Positions 49,850 to 60,668 of a stretch of DNA of 64,000 nt are shown here, one piece after another (within the stretch, counting starts at the first letter, position 1; each line of letters starts with the position of its first letter). The stretch is from positions 1,984,001-2,048,000 of the forward strand of contig CM030338.1 of assembly GCA_017654855.1 (NCBI GenBank), read 5' to 3'. Both the position numbers and the translations under genes were made by a program. Below the pieces are notes generated by a model. That model was not told the DNA's origin. It ran no database searches and saw only the letters and a list, made by a program, of their open reading frames with translations. The stretch is from Podospora anserina. Lineage: Eukaryota.

Positions 49850-51327
49850 TGGCACAGATATTATTGCCGTCTTAGGAACTTAGGCGCAGACGTCATATCA
49901 GGCCTTCCTCTCCTCCACGACTTCCCCCAAAATGCGCCGAAAACTGGACTTCAATGGCGGGCAGTGAAGTCTCGAAACTAGCCCTGGTATCGGCGGCGGC
50001 TTCGCGGGGCGGATATGGATGACGTTCACGGAGTTTGGCGATCTCGGCACCGGCAAGGCACGGGCGCAAAACCGAGAAAAGCGATGCGATCAAGTCGACA
50101 GCTACTGGGCTGGCTCGGCCAACAGGAGACAATTGAGGTTCGAGGGGCAAGGAATCAATGAAGGATCCTTCGTCGGCAAGAAGAAAAACCGAGAAAAGAG
50201 GACAAGCTTCGCCTGGCAGCCAACAAACGCGCCCTTGAATATGTCAGCAAGTTCTGGGGCCCTGGGGGTCTTTCTGGCAGTTATCGACAGGGGGAGCCTG
50301 GAGATGCAGCCGAGCTAAGCTGCATGCAGCTATCAAAGTGTTCACGGCCCCAGGTCATGCGGCTAGCGGGGGACTTTTGGCATCCGACAATTGGCTGCAA
50401 CTGCTCTCTTTTCCCTCTTATCCGGATGCCAAGCCATGTACCTGCCTAACAGCTCACAGGGTGCCCCACCCGACGTCGGAGCTTTCACCCCACCAGCAAC
50501 CGCTGTCCCATTTTCCATCCATCTCAAGCTTTGCCTCACCACGGTGCCGGTGGCCAGTGTCCGGTGTGACGACAGCAGCTCTCTGCCTCGTGGTACGCAG
50601 TACACGATTGGTAATATGGAATGCTTCTTTCCACTTCACAATCTGTCTTTTCCGTGACATGTTGCGGGGAAGAACCGGCGCTCTGGGACGTGGTCGGGGC
50701 GTCTTATGCCGACACATCCACTGATGTGCTCTTCAGAGCAAAGTTGACGCAACCACTTGCAAATGCCATAGCAATGCTAATTACAATCGAAGCTAAGCCA
50801 ATCCAACCAGTTCCATATTTGCTACGTACCTCTTCAGTCGAGAACTTTGCAAGCTTGTCATTCCCATCTTGACAAAACTTCCACGGTTTATTCTTTCACA
50901 CACCATATCGATAACGGCTTCCGGTCCCGCCGTCACACCTACCCCACCATTAGGGCACCCCCCTGCAATGACGTTGGAGAAAGCCCCTCCTCCCTCACCA
51001 TCCATTCTAGAAAGCATGCCTCGCTCGACACCACCACAACGCTCACCATCACCACCACCAACATACAACGAAAGCGATTCTATCCCCCTGGAATCCCTCT
51101 CCCCAACCGGCCAATCCACAACCTCCAAACCACTTATTTCCCCATCTCTACCCCCCCTGAAAATCCCCTCCCAATCCCAACTCCCCACCCTCCTCTTCAT
51201 CTCCATCCTCTTCCTAGCGTTCTTCCCCTCCCTCTTCCACACCCTCTGGAACCTCCCCTTCTCCTTCCTCTTCCCCTCCCACCACAACACCCCCACAAGC
51301 TACCATTCCCCCCCCTCAGCAGTAACA

Positions 51328-51905
51328 ATGTGGACCCAAAAACAATTCACCCTCCCCTCCCGCTCTCGCGGCTCATACCTCATCACCGACACCATCATCA
51401 AGGAACTTCCCGAGATCAAAAACTACAAAGTGGGCTTGTTGAACCTGTTTATCCAGCACACCTCCTGCGCGTTGAGTCTGAATGAGAATTGGGACGAGGA
51501 TGTCAGGGCGGATATGAGTGATGCGTTGGATAAGATTGTGCCGGAGCAAGGGCCGAAGGGGGAGGCGCTTTATAGGCATGATGCTGAGGGTGAGTTTGTT
51601 TCTGGGATGAAGACCAAAAAGGGATGGTGGGAGAGCTGACATGTATGGGGGTACCTAACGTAGGGCTGGATGACATGCCTGCTCATGTCAAGAGTGCTTT
51701 GATTGGGGCTAGTGTTACTATTCCGATCAAGGATGGGAAACTGGTGAGTCTTGACTGGTTGTGGTGAGTGGAGGGAAAGGGGCGAAATGATGCTAATGAG
51801 TTGAAATAGTGCACCGGAACGTGGCAGGGGATCTGGTATCTCGAGTTTAGAGCCGCCAAGCATAGTCGCCGGGTTGTTGCTACGATACAGGGCGAGAAGG
51901 CTTGA
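51328..51905 (+). CDS. UPF0047 / YjbQ family protein (secondary thiamine-phosphate synthase-like)
   Basis: [44 protein letters not shown] and [12 protein letters not shown]. Introns 51590-51663 and 51744-51809. In-frame upstream ATGs at 50968 and 51016. Confidence 0.9.
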
Positions 51906-52390
51906 CTGGGGGAGAGGTTGTAGATTGGGAGTGGTTGGGGTTGGTCGGGGCTTTTATGAGAGGATGAAGAGTTGTTGATGTTTATAGTAGCAGTATCTAC
52001 ATCAATGACAAGCATAACACCTCTGGTGCCCACCTCTTGTCTGCAAAGTCGTTCACTGAAGAATATGGATGTACGGATACTAGATATGTGTCTTTAGTTT
52101 TTCACTCTGACTTTGCCGCTAGCATCCTGTTTCACGGAAAAACACTGTGTATATCACACACCCAGATGCCGGCTGTAAATATCACGTCATGTGTGTTTTG
52201 TTCTTAGGTAGCCATTGGACTTGTCTCTTCCTCGTGGCCACGCCAAACAGCCATTTAAGGCGTAATAAGGTAGTCAATAGGGATCGATATTATTGTGCAA
52301 GAAGTACCTTGGTCTCTTCGGGCCTGTTGACTAGCACGTCGTCGGTATACCATATAATTATTGTTAACCTACCCCTTTCTAGAAGAAGAA

Positions 52391-52524
52391 CAGGCCTTAA
52401 AGGATAATTAGTACGCCTCAAAAGATAGCTAAGAGGTCTATTAACTATCTTTTAGGGCCTGGTTCAGTATTTTGCAGTACCAGTTATCTTGTCCACAACG
52501 TGACTAGGCATCTTTTGAGGCCTA
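52391..52524. mobile_element. MITE-like dispersed repeat, copy 3 (partial)
   Basis: The exact 23-mer GCAGTACCAGTTATCTTGTCCAC (52474-52496) is shared with 42195-42217. Inverted GCCTCAAAAGATAG / ATCTTTTGAGGCCT-type motifs surround it. Confidence 0.45.
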
Positions 52525-52544
52525 CTCTTGGATTCTCAAGTTCC

Positions 52545-53931
52545 AGTTCAGGCATGGCTCGGTCTGTTTAGTAAGTCAGTTGTGGAGGCTATACACAGGT
52601 ATTCTCTTGACTTAGGTTGAACATCTTTCCCAGAGCATAATGAACTCTCAACAGGTTGGGATCTGGAAGCGGCACAGGGTTGCGAGCATCATTCTGTCTA
52701 AAGGTGACGCTTCGAGGTTCCATGCTCAGCTGATAGTGACCAATACCGCTCTCGAAGACATGCACGCGATAGGTGTGAGGCTGTTGTCCACTTCTTTAGC
52801 AACCAGAAGCTGGAGATCTTTTATAGCTGGACTTACCTCGCGTGTTGGTTCAAACCCAAACCGGAAGTCGTTGAACAGCAGGTATTTGGCTAGCATGATG
52901 GCGTCTTCCGCCTTGTTGATACTTGCTATATTCGTGTATTAGGGATTGATGATGCCAAAATAACGCCCAAAAGCCCATCATGTTACAGCCATCCTGCGAG
53001 TCTATATTCGAATACATTAGCTAGGTGTCGTTTGACTTGGGGCTATCACACCCACCTATTCAACGTTTTTCTCGTCAAAATTCCCCAAGTACGTGTGGCA
53101 ATATGTGTGCCACAGTGTGCTCCTCCCAATACTGTCTCGTCTTCTCATGTGCGGACAGTTGGGTCATGGAGTACTGTTCCTGATAAGCCCCTCTCAGTAC
53201 ACAGCGGTACCCGTCCCGCTTTAAACAAGACGCTTCAAGATCTTCCTGCTTCTTTCTTGAGGCGGAATCTCTCTCGGCCCTGTAGTTACCGATGCCATGG
53301 TCAACTTTGGATTGGTCGGCAGGTTGAAATTGAGCATAATTGTCAATAACCTTTCAAATAAGCCCATAAACGTCAAGATCCTAAACATACCTGGCTTGAG
53401 AATCGTGCCCGCAAGAAAATTTCTTAGCTGTTGCAGCTTTTCGGGAGTCACGGAGAACTTGATGATCTCCTTCATGAGATTCTTACCTCCCTCGAGAGGT
53501 AAATGGTGGACAAAGGTCTCCAAGAAGTATCTTGTATCATACATCTGCGTGGTTGGTACATATTCCTTCAGAGAGTCTAGGCATTCAGTCTTCATTGCAA
53601 GAATCATTTCGTCATTTTCAATCTGCTGGACCGATGTCGATTGAGGCTTGCACGCGGTCAGCTCGGGCTCGCACAAGGGGGCCAACAGGGACTTCCAGTA
53701 GGGAGAAAGCCAACTCATTTCGGCAAAAATGGCCTCCGTCGAGAAGTCGGGATGTTGCGGAATGGGCTCGGGCCCAGTGGTTGCCTGCGAATGTGCTGGA
53801 TGTTCCGGAGTGGAGGCTGTTTCGGATTCGAGCTCGCCTTGCTCTTTCTCCGGTTTCTGACGAATAACCGCCGTTGACTGGGACACAATTGTGTCTGTGG
53901 ATACGAAGGAGTGTTGCGAGATAGGCGCCAT
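52545..53931 (-). pseudogene. Decayed fungal HNH endonuclease-domain (HNH_2-type) gene
   Basis: A 236-aa N-terminal ORF is followed by frameshifted or stop-containing fragments KRDGYRCVL, INKAEDAIMLAKYLLFNDFRFGFEPT and PLPDPNLLRVHYALGKMF, which resemble HNH_2 family motifs. Confidence 0.6.
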
Positions 53932-54360
53932 CTTGCTGCGTATTCCTTTTCAGATAGGTAGGATGTTACTGGAACGTTGATCGGCGAGAAGTTTCTCTGA
54001 ACAGAGTAGCAATAATAATAAATCAAACTTGGAATTTTAAAGTTTGGTGCCACCAGTTCTCCTTTGGACCCGCTGTAGGCATCAGAGGCGCTTTCCCACA
54101 AATTACTCTTTATACTTTCCCTCTGGCTTCTGTCTGTCTTGGAGTTTCCATGAAGTTGAAAAGGGGAAGGGTTAGGGTTATGCTTTCTCACTCTCAATAA
54201 CTCAAACTTCGTCATTCCCACCAACCCCATGCCACTCACTGAAGCCCAAAACTCCACTTCACTTTGCATCAACAACAAAGTCGACATTTCCTGACTTTCT
54301 TGTCCCTAATTACTGGGCCATAAGAGAAACTTGGGCGCTAGATAGAGATATACCTCAAAA

Positions 54361-56089
54361 ATGCACGAAATCATCACCCTGCAACTGGGGCAGCAGAGCA
54401 ACTATCTCGCCACTCACTTCTGGAATACCCAAGTACACTTCATCCCTGCGCCTGTCAACAACATCATGAGAAGCTTACAAACTATACAGGAATCATACTT
54501 CACCTACTTAGAGAACGACGAGCCCCTCATCGACCACGATGTGCACTTCCGCCCCGGGCTCTCTCCAGATGGCAAAACGGAGACGTTTATGCCGCGGACG
54601 GTGATCTATGATTTGAAGGGGGCGTTTGGTTCGATGAAGAAGATCAATGCGCTTTATGAAATCGAGGGCGAGGAGCCTGATCCCACCCAGTTGGACTTGA
54701 ACCCGACGGCGTCTGGAGTATGGTGAGCCTCACTGACATATCTCACTCCACGACAAACAGATTCTGATCGTCCAGTAGGCCCGGAAAGACAGTCCTCCAA
54801 AAGGCCGACCCCATTCAGCCTTCACCCTACACAGAAGCTCTGAACTCTGGCCTCCCACCTCCCAGACCTACCCCCGACACAGTGAGATGCTTTTCTGATT
54901 TCTCGCGGTTGTACTACCACCCACGGTCAGTCGTGCAGCTGAATGAGTTTGAGGTAGCGTCGACGATCCAGCCTTTCGAGCAGTTCAGCACTGGAGAGGA
55001 GTTGTTTAGGGAGCTTGACAAAGAGCACGACCTCCTGGACCGCGATCTGAGGTATTTCGCCGAAGAGGCAGACTTTATGCAGGGATTTCAAGTGTTTATG
55101 GGGGTAGACGATGCTTGGGGAGGTTTTGGATCCAGATACCTGGAGAGGATCAGGGATGAGTACGGCGCAAAGATAGCTATCTGGACTTGGGGGCTAGAAT
55201 CACCACTCAAAACCATGCCACGGGTACGTTTCTATCTTCCTCATCTTTCTTACCCATGTACTAACCTCGACAGGATAAACGTCTCCTCCGCCTAGCCAAT
55301 AAATCCCGCTCCTTCACCGAACTCTACAACCACTCCTCCATCCTCGTCCCCCTCTCCCTCCCCTCCCTCTTACCCCCCTCCCTCACCAACTTCGACCCCA
55401 CCTCCCCCTGGCACACAACAGCTTTGTTCTCCTCAGCAGTAGAATCCGCCCTCCTCCCCTCCCGTCTCCGAGGCCAAAAGAAGGAAACCCTCAACACCAT
55501 CATCGAAACTCTGGATCTAACCGGCAAGCAAAAGGTTGCCGGGCTACAATTCTCAATCAACTCCTCCCCCATCAGTGACTTTTCCGAGGGGATCCAACTC
55601 GACATTAGACTTTCCTCCTCAGCAGCAGACCAAATAGACGTCTACTCCATTCGAAACCAAAACCAAAGAACACCAAGAGTCTTCAGCCAGCTGCTCACCT
55701 CCCGCGGGTTCTCCCCCTCGGAAACATCCGGCAAAGAAGGCGAGGAACTCGATGAAAAAGGCCGACGTATCCGCAAGAGCTCTTACGAGCCGATAACCAA
55801 GACTTATGCCACTGAGCTGGCGTTCCCGATTTTGGATTCGTTTCCCGCGATTTTCACTGTTGAAAAGGATGAAGAGGAGGAGAATGAGGGAGCGGAGGTC
55901 AAGGTCAAGATCACAACCAGCTTGTCGACCGACTCGAGCGTCTGTACTAGGTTGAGAAAGCTGAAGGACACGGTGATCAAGAGCGTAGGGCTGGAGGACA
56001 GGGAGATGCTGGGGAATGATTTGGCGGAAATGGCGGAGGAGTACCATGAGGGCTGGAGTGGTGGGAGTGATAGCGGGGAGGATGATTGA
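54361..56089 (+). CDS. DML1: DML1 / Misato tubulin-like protein
   Basis: [81 protein letters not shown] and [20 protein letters not shown]. Three canonical introns. Confidence 0.93.
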
Positions 56090-56229
56090 TCTCTCGATGT
56101 AAACAAACACCAAAGAAGAAAAACACTTTGAAAAGTCGTGGTGGTTGATTCTTTTCGTGTCAGGATAGCTTCTGAGAAAAAAAAAAGGTTGTAAGAAAGA
56201 ACAACAACCAAAAAGTGGAGAAAAAAAGC

Positions 56230-56445
56230 AAAAAGCTCACCGGCCAACCTTTAAAAGGTGGCCGGCTACGAAAACCCTCCGGGAAGGTTTTACTTCGGAA
56301 TCGAACTCGGGGGTTATAGGTCCCCCGGCGGGGGGGGGGGGCGGTAACAGCAGCTTTTACACCTTGACCATTTGACCTGACCACAAAGTGGCGCTCTGGT
56401 CAAGATGTTCGAGCTGCTGTTGGAAGGAGTAAAAGGGACCTAGTA
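56230..56445 (-). ncRNA. Candidate structured RNA polymerase III transcript with a pre-miRNA-like hairpin (unidentified)
   Basis: On the minus strand: TATATA, a 22-bp stem hairpin, A-box-like TGGTCAAGGTG, B-box GAGTTCGATTCC, two further hairpins, then T5 and T7 runs. Confidence 0.5.
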
Positions 56446-56460
56446 TATATACCGTGGTTG

Positions 56461-56582
56461 GGTCTTTCCTTCTCAACATTTGGCCCCTTCCTTTTGGACG
56501 TTGGCTCCTTCCTTCTGACGGTGGCTCCTTCCTTCTGACGGTGGCTCCTTCCTTTTGACGGTGGCTCCTTCCTTCTCAACAT
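56461..56582. repeat. 20-bp minisatellite, about 6 units (TGGCTCCTTCCTTCTGACGG)
   Basis: Near-identical units at 56502, 56522, 56542 and 56562, and diverged units at 56461 and 56481. Confidence 0.85.
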
Positions 56583-57047
56583 GCGCTCCCAGAGTCGTCG
56601 AGTTAATGAATAACCCGAGCTACCAACGGTCTGCTGACTCTCCGTAAACACTGAGGGAACAGAGCAGGGCGAGCTCCCTCGAAGGGGGGGGTGTGTACTT
56701 CGTGAATGGTGTATCTTCATGCTATCAGGGCAGAAAAGATCAATGGTGTTATCGACAAGAGTATTGCGAGGATAAACCACACAGAGTGAAACAATCAAGA
56801 GCATGTATGTAGCAAACCGGTAACCGTGTTATGCTATTCTCAATGCTACACAGAAAAGAGCCATGATTACCTCTACCCAAACCAAAAAGGAAACAAAAAC
56901 GCTACCCCTGGCTATATCTATCTGTAATACTCCTACAACAACAACACACCAATGCAAGCCGCTCATCAACCCAGACGCCTCTCATGTCCCATATTTCATA
57001 TCCCATATCAGCCATGTACCAACCTGACTTCTCAAATCATCAACCCA

Positions 57048-58954
57048 TCAAGCCGTAGCATAACCCACCAGCCCATCCACCTCCACAAACCACTCCTCAG
57101 GGTGCCCATCCCTCCCGGTCATCTCCGCCTCCTTCACATCAACCACCATCTTCTCCCTCAGCTCCCTAGTAATCTCATCCACATCCACATCCAAATACCT
57201 CCTCAAAAACCCTCCGACCTCAATATTCTCCACATTTCCCCTGATATCCTCCGTCCCCGGCCCCCCGCTGCTATAAATATTCACATCCACGGCCGAATGC
57301 CCATGGGTAGACCATCCAATCCTCGCCCGGATGCTCACCATTTTTGAAAAGATATTCATCGCCAGTAAAGGATTCGACGCCAGAGCATTGATCTCAATCT
57401 CCAACGCATCCTTGATCCCCAATCTCTTCTCCACCAAATCCTCCCTGATCCAGTCCTGAAGCTGCTGCTGCTCCTCGACCGGGTTCGCGATCATGTGTTG
57501 CTGCAACAGTAGCGTGAGATACTCGGCCGAGGCATTCGCCTGCAGCAGAACCTCGGGATGCCAGTTGTATACAGGCAGCTCATTCGGCGCCTGCCAGGCA
57601 GTCGACAACCCACCCGTCTCGTGATCGCTCGTCGCAACCAAAACACCCTCCGTATCCGACTCCTCGATAAACTCCAACACGGCATTAAAAGTCTTGTCAT
57701 ACTCCAACACCTCCCTCACCTGTGCCGCCGGATCATTGATATGTCCCGCGTGATCAATCCTGCTCCCCTCAATCATCAAGAAAAAGCCCTTCTCACTATC
57801 CTTGGTCGCCTCCTCCAACGCCCTCAAAGCCGTGACCGCCATCTCGCTTAAGCTTGGGTAGACATCATTCATATGCCTGCGGTCAATCTCAAACGGCACA
57901 TCCCTCTCGGCAAACAACCCCAACAACGGCAAGCTCACATTCTTCCCCAACTTGAGCGAGTCAAACCCAGCCCTGTCATCCACATACCCCCACCCATGCT
58001 TCTTCTGCCCAATCTCCACAACATCAACATCATCCTGTCTGCAACTCCCCGCGGTAGAGTTCTTCAAGAAATGACATCTCCCACCCCCCAAAATCAAATC
58101 CACTGACCGTCCCAACACCCCCTCCCCAATCTCCTGCATCGCAATCTCATCCATCTGCCATCGATACCCAACATGACTAGCAAAACACGCCGGCGTCGCA
58201 TCCGTCACATCCGTCGTGACAACCAAACCAGTCTTGTACCCCGCCCGTTTGGCAGCCTCGAGGACCGTACCGCAGGGCTTAAACCCGGGTTCCATCCCGA
58301 TAGCGCCGTTGTAACTCTTCCTCGCACAGCTAAACGCCGTAGCCCCAGCCGCAGAGTCCGTCACCCATGAATTTGACGATCTTGTTCTCGACGTGCCCCA
58401 AAAGTGCTGATCCAAGACGAGGGTGTCATCCATGGGGAGCTTATTGACGTGCTGTCTGAATGTTCGAGTGAGAGACAGGGAGGCAGGGCCCATGCCGTCG
58501 GATACCATAAAGATGAGGTTGCGCTTGCGGTCTTTCTTCGGGGGGAGGGAGGAGATGGCTGGGTAGGGGGTTCCCGTGCCTGGATCGCCGGGGATGATGG
58601 GGATGGGGTCGGTGGGGGTGGGTGGGTTGGTGGTGCTGTTGCGGTGTTGGAGGACTACTGCCAGGACGATTACTCCGGCTGTTGCGAGGAGGGCCCAGGA
58701 GAAGAGGAGGAGCTCGCGGACGGTGCGGGTGCGGGCGGTGGGCGTTGGTGAGAGTGGGGTGCCGTGGATGGCGGCATCTTCTTGTTCGGCGCGGCGGAGG
58801 GAGTCGATTGAGTTGCGCGAGGGTACTCCATCTGCTAGTAGCGGCGTGCGCTCCCCGGACGCCGGTTTGGACGTCGGGGACTGGGAGAGGTGTTGGTCAG
58901 ATGATGTTATGTTGATAAGGATGGCATGGGATGTTGGGGTAGTGAACTCACCAT
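57048..58954 (-). CDS. PHO8: Vacuolar-type alkaline phosphatase (Pho8-like), type II membrane protein
   Basis: First coding exon is ATG only (58954-58952), followed by intron 58881-58951. ERTPLL dileucine motif and a TM helix, then NLIFMVSDGMGP, VTDSAAGATAF, TDATPA, FLMIEGSRIDHAGH, TSDHETGG and GHSAVDV. Confidence 0.92.
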
Positions 58955-59242
58955 CGTCGCTCTCTCCTATTCGGGTGTTGGTAAACTGTCAAAAGCAAAT
59001 ATTGACTCAAGTCTGTCTATCGTCTGAGAGTTGTCAATACTGTGTTTCTGTCAAAATTCAAAATTGAGTTTGACGGCGCGGGTAGATAAACTACTGGGGA
59101 GTTGGAAAACCGTTGACCGTGACTCGAGGACGTTTGGGGGAGGTTGGGGGAACCTGGGGAGCCTGGAACATCGGCTAGCCTGCAGTGCCTAGACCTGCAG
59201 GGGCTGAGCGTGACAGGTATTACTCCCAACTACCAAGTCTCA

Positions 59243-59836
59243 ACGTCGAGCCCGACTGCGGACAGGTAGCATTTTCTCCTAAAGACCGGAACGCTAGCTA
59301 TATCTAGCATTTAGCTCCATTTTTATTAATTAAACTAGGGCGTAAGTTTTCCAATATTAAAAGTTTTACAAAATACAGGTAAATAGGTTTTTACGATATA
59401 TATTATCCTTTTATACGCTCTAATGGTAATTTTTAAAATGATTAAAACCGTTAAAATTATTAGGGCTATTTAAAACTATTAAAGCTATTTAAAACTATTA
59501 AGGCTATTAAAAGCTGTTAGAGTCGTTTAAAACTATTAAAGCTATTTAAAGCCGTTGAAATCTTGTAAAACCTCTAAAGCTGTTAAACTTTTCAACTGTA
59601 ACGGTAAAGTTGGCGACAGTTTTGGCTTATATAAGTAATAGTAATAGTAATTAAATATATAAAAATCAGTATTTAAATTTATCAAAGATAGGCTTTTTAA
59701 AAAAAAACCTTTATTTTTATAGTGTTTTTTATCTTTTATAATATTAAGAACTCTTGTGGATCAAAATGCTAGATATAACTAGCGTTCCGGTCTTCAGGAA
59801 AAATCGCTACTTATCCCTAGCTGGGCTCCTCGACGT
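59243..59836. mobile_element. Non-autonomous DNA transposon relic with about 70-bp terminal inverted repeats and an AT-rich, RIP-like interior
   Basis: AAGACCGGAACGCTAGCTATATCTAGCATTT (59282-59312) versus AAATGCTAGATATAACTAGCGTTCCGGTCTT (59764-59794), with similarity extending out to ACGT termini. The interior is very AT- and TpA-rich with tandem AAAACTATTAAAGCTATTT units. Confidence 0.8.
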
Positions 59837-59981
59837 CAACCCCCCACCCCCACATGAAAGCCTCGCCAATTAACAAACACAACCCATGTAGTGACAGCAT
59901 CCCCCTTGTGACCACCCAACACATCAAACATCAACACCGCTCTTTCAAACTCAAGTTCACCCACCTCAAACACAGCAAATC

Positions 59982-60419
59982 ATGTCCCCAAGCAAAACCT
60001 CCCTCCTTTCCGCCACAACCTCCTTCTGCCACTCCCTCTCCGCTCAGTCACCCCCCTCCACCATCCTCTCCCACTTCTCCTCCTCCCCCGACACTCTAAT
60101 CTACGAACATGGCCTCCCCCAGTTAGCTCCCTTTCTCGGCCGAGAATTCAAAGGTCCCTCCGGCCTCAAAGAGTATTTCCATCTCCTCTCCAAGCATCTC
60201 GCCTACAAAGACATGCACTTCAGCAATTACTTTGCCGACCCCGAAGCCCTCAAGGTATCAGTCCGAGGCGAAGCAACATTCACCTGGCTCTCGACCAACC
60301 AGTCCTGGGACGAGGTCTTTACATATGTCTTGGAGTTTGACAATGACAATAAACTGACCAAGTATGAAATCTGGGCTGATTCAGGGGCTGCCTACCTGGC
60401 CAGTCAGGGGCTGTTATAG
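59982..60419 (+). CDS. Small SnoaL/NTF2-like fold protein (hypothetical)
   Basis: Intronless 145-aa ORF with YEHGLPQLAPFLGREFKG, VSVRGEATFTW...WDEVFTYVLEF and YEIWADSGAAYLA, a pattern resembling NTF2-like proteins. Confidence 0.65.
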   Translation: MSPSKTSLLSATTSFCHSLSAQSPPSTILSHFSSSPDTLIYEHGLPQLAPFLGREFKGPSGLKEYFHLLSKHLAYKDMHFSNYFADPEALKVSVRGEATFTWLSTNQSWDEVFTYVLEFDNDNKLTKYEIWADSGAAYLASQGLL

Positions 60420-60533
60420 ACAGATAGAATTACAATCAATTGAAACCCCCAATCTCGAATCTACAAGGAACCATTTCGCTACAAAACCGAAAAAAAAAAA
60501 AGCAGGAGACGCTGGGTATACACACCATCACCC

Positions 60534-60608
60534 TCTCACCCCTAACCATCTCACCCCTAACCATCTCACCCCTAACCATCTCACCCCTAACCATCTCACC
60601 CCTAACCA
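60534..60608. repeat. Five perfect 15-bp tandem units TCTCACCCCTAACCA, each containing CCCTAA
   Basis: Direct reading of the sequence. Confidence 0.9.
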
Positions 60609-60668
60609 CTTAACCAAAGTCCACCACGTCCTCGTCCTCCACTCCTTCACCCGACCGAGATATTTATC

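Noticed and set aside
56285-56390. tRNA gene suggested by GTTCGATTCC and a D-loop-like TGGTCAAGG
   Set aside because: The T-stem arms (CCGAG / CCGAA) do not pair, and no acceptor or anticodon stem can be built. Kept instead as an unidentified Pol III-like RNA.
56461-56582. CRISPR-like array
   Set aside because: Units are contiguous with no unique spacers, and the context is eukaryotic.
60534-60608. Telomere or chromosome-fusion scar
   Set aside because: CCCTAA occurs once per 15-bp unit, not as tandem hexamers, and normal genes flank it.
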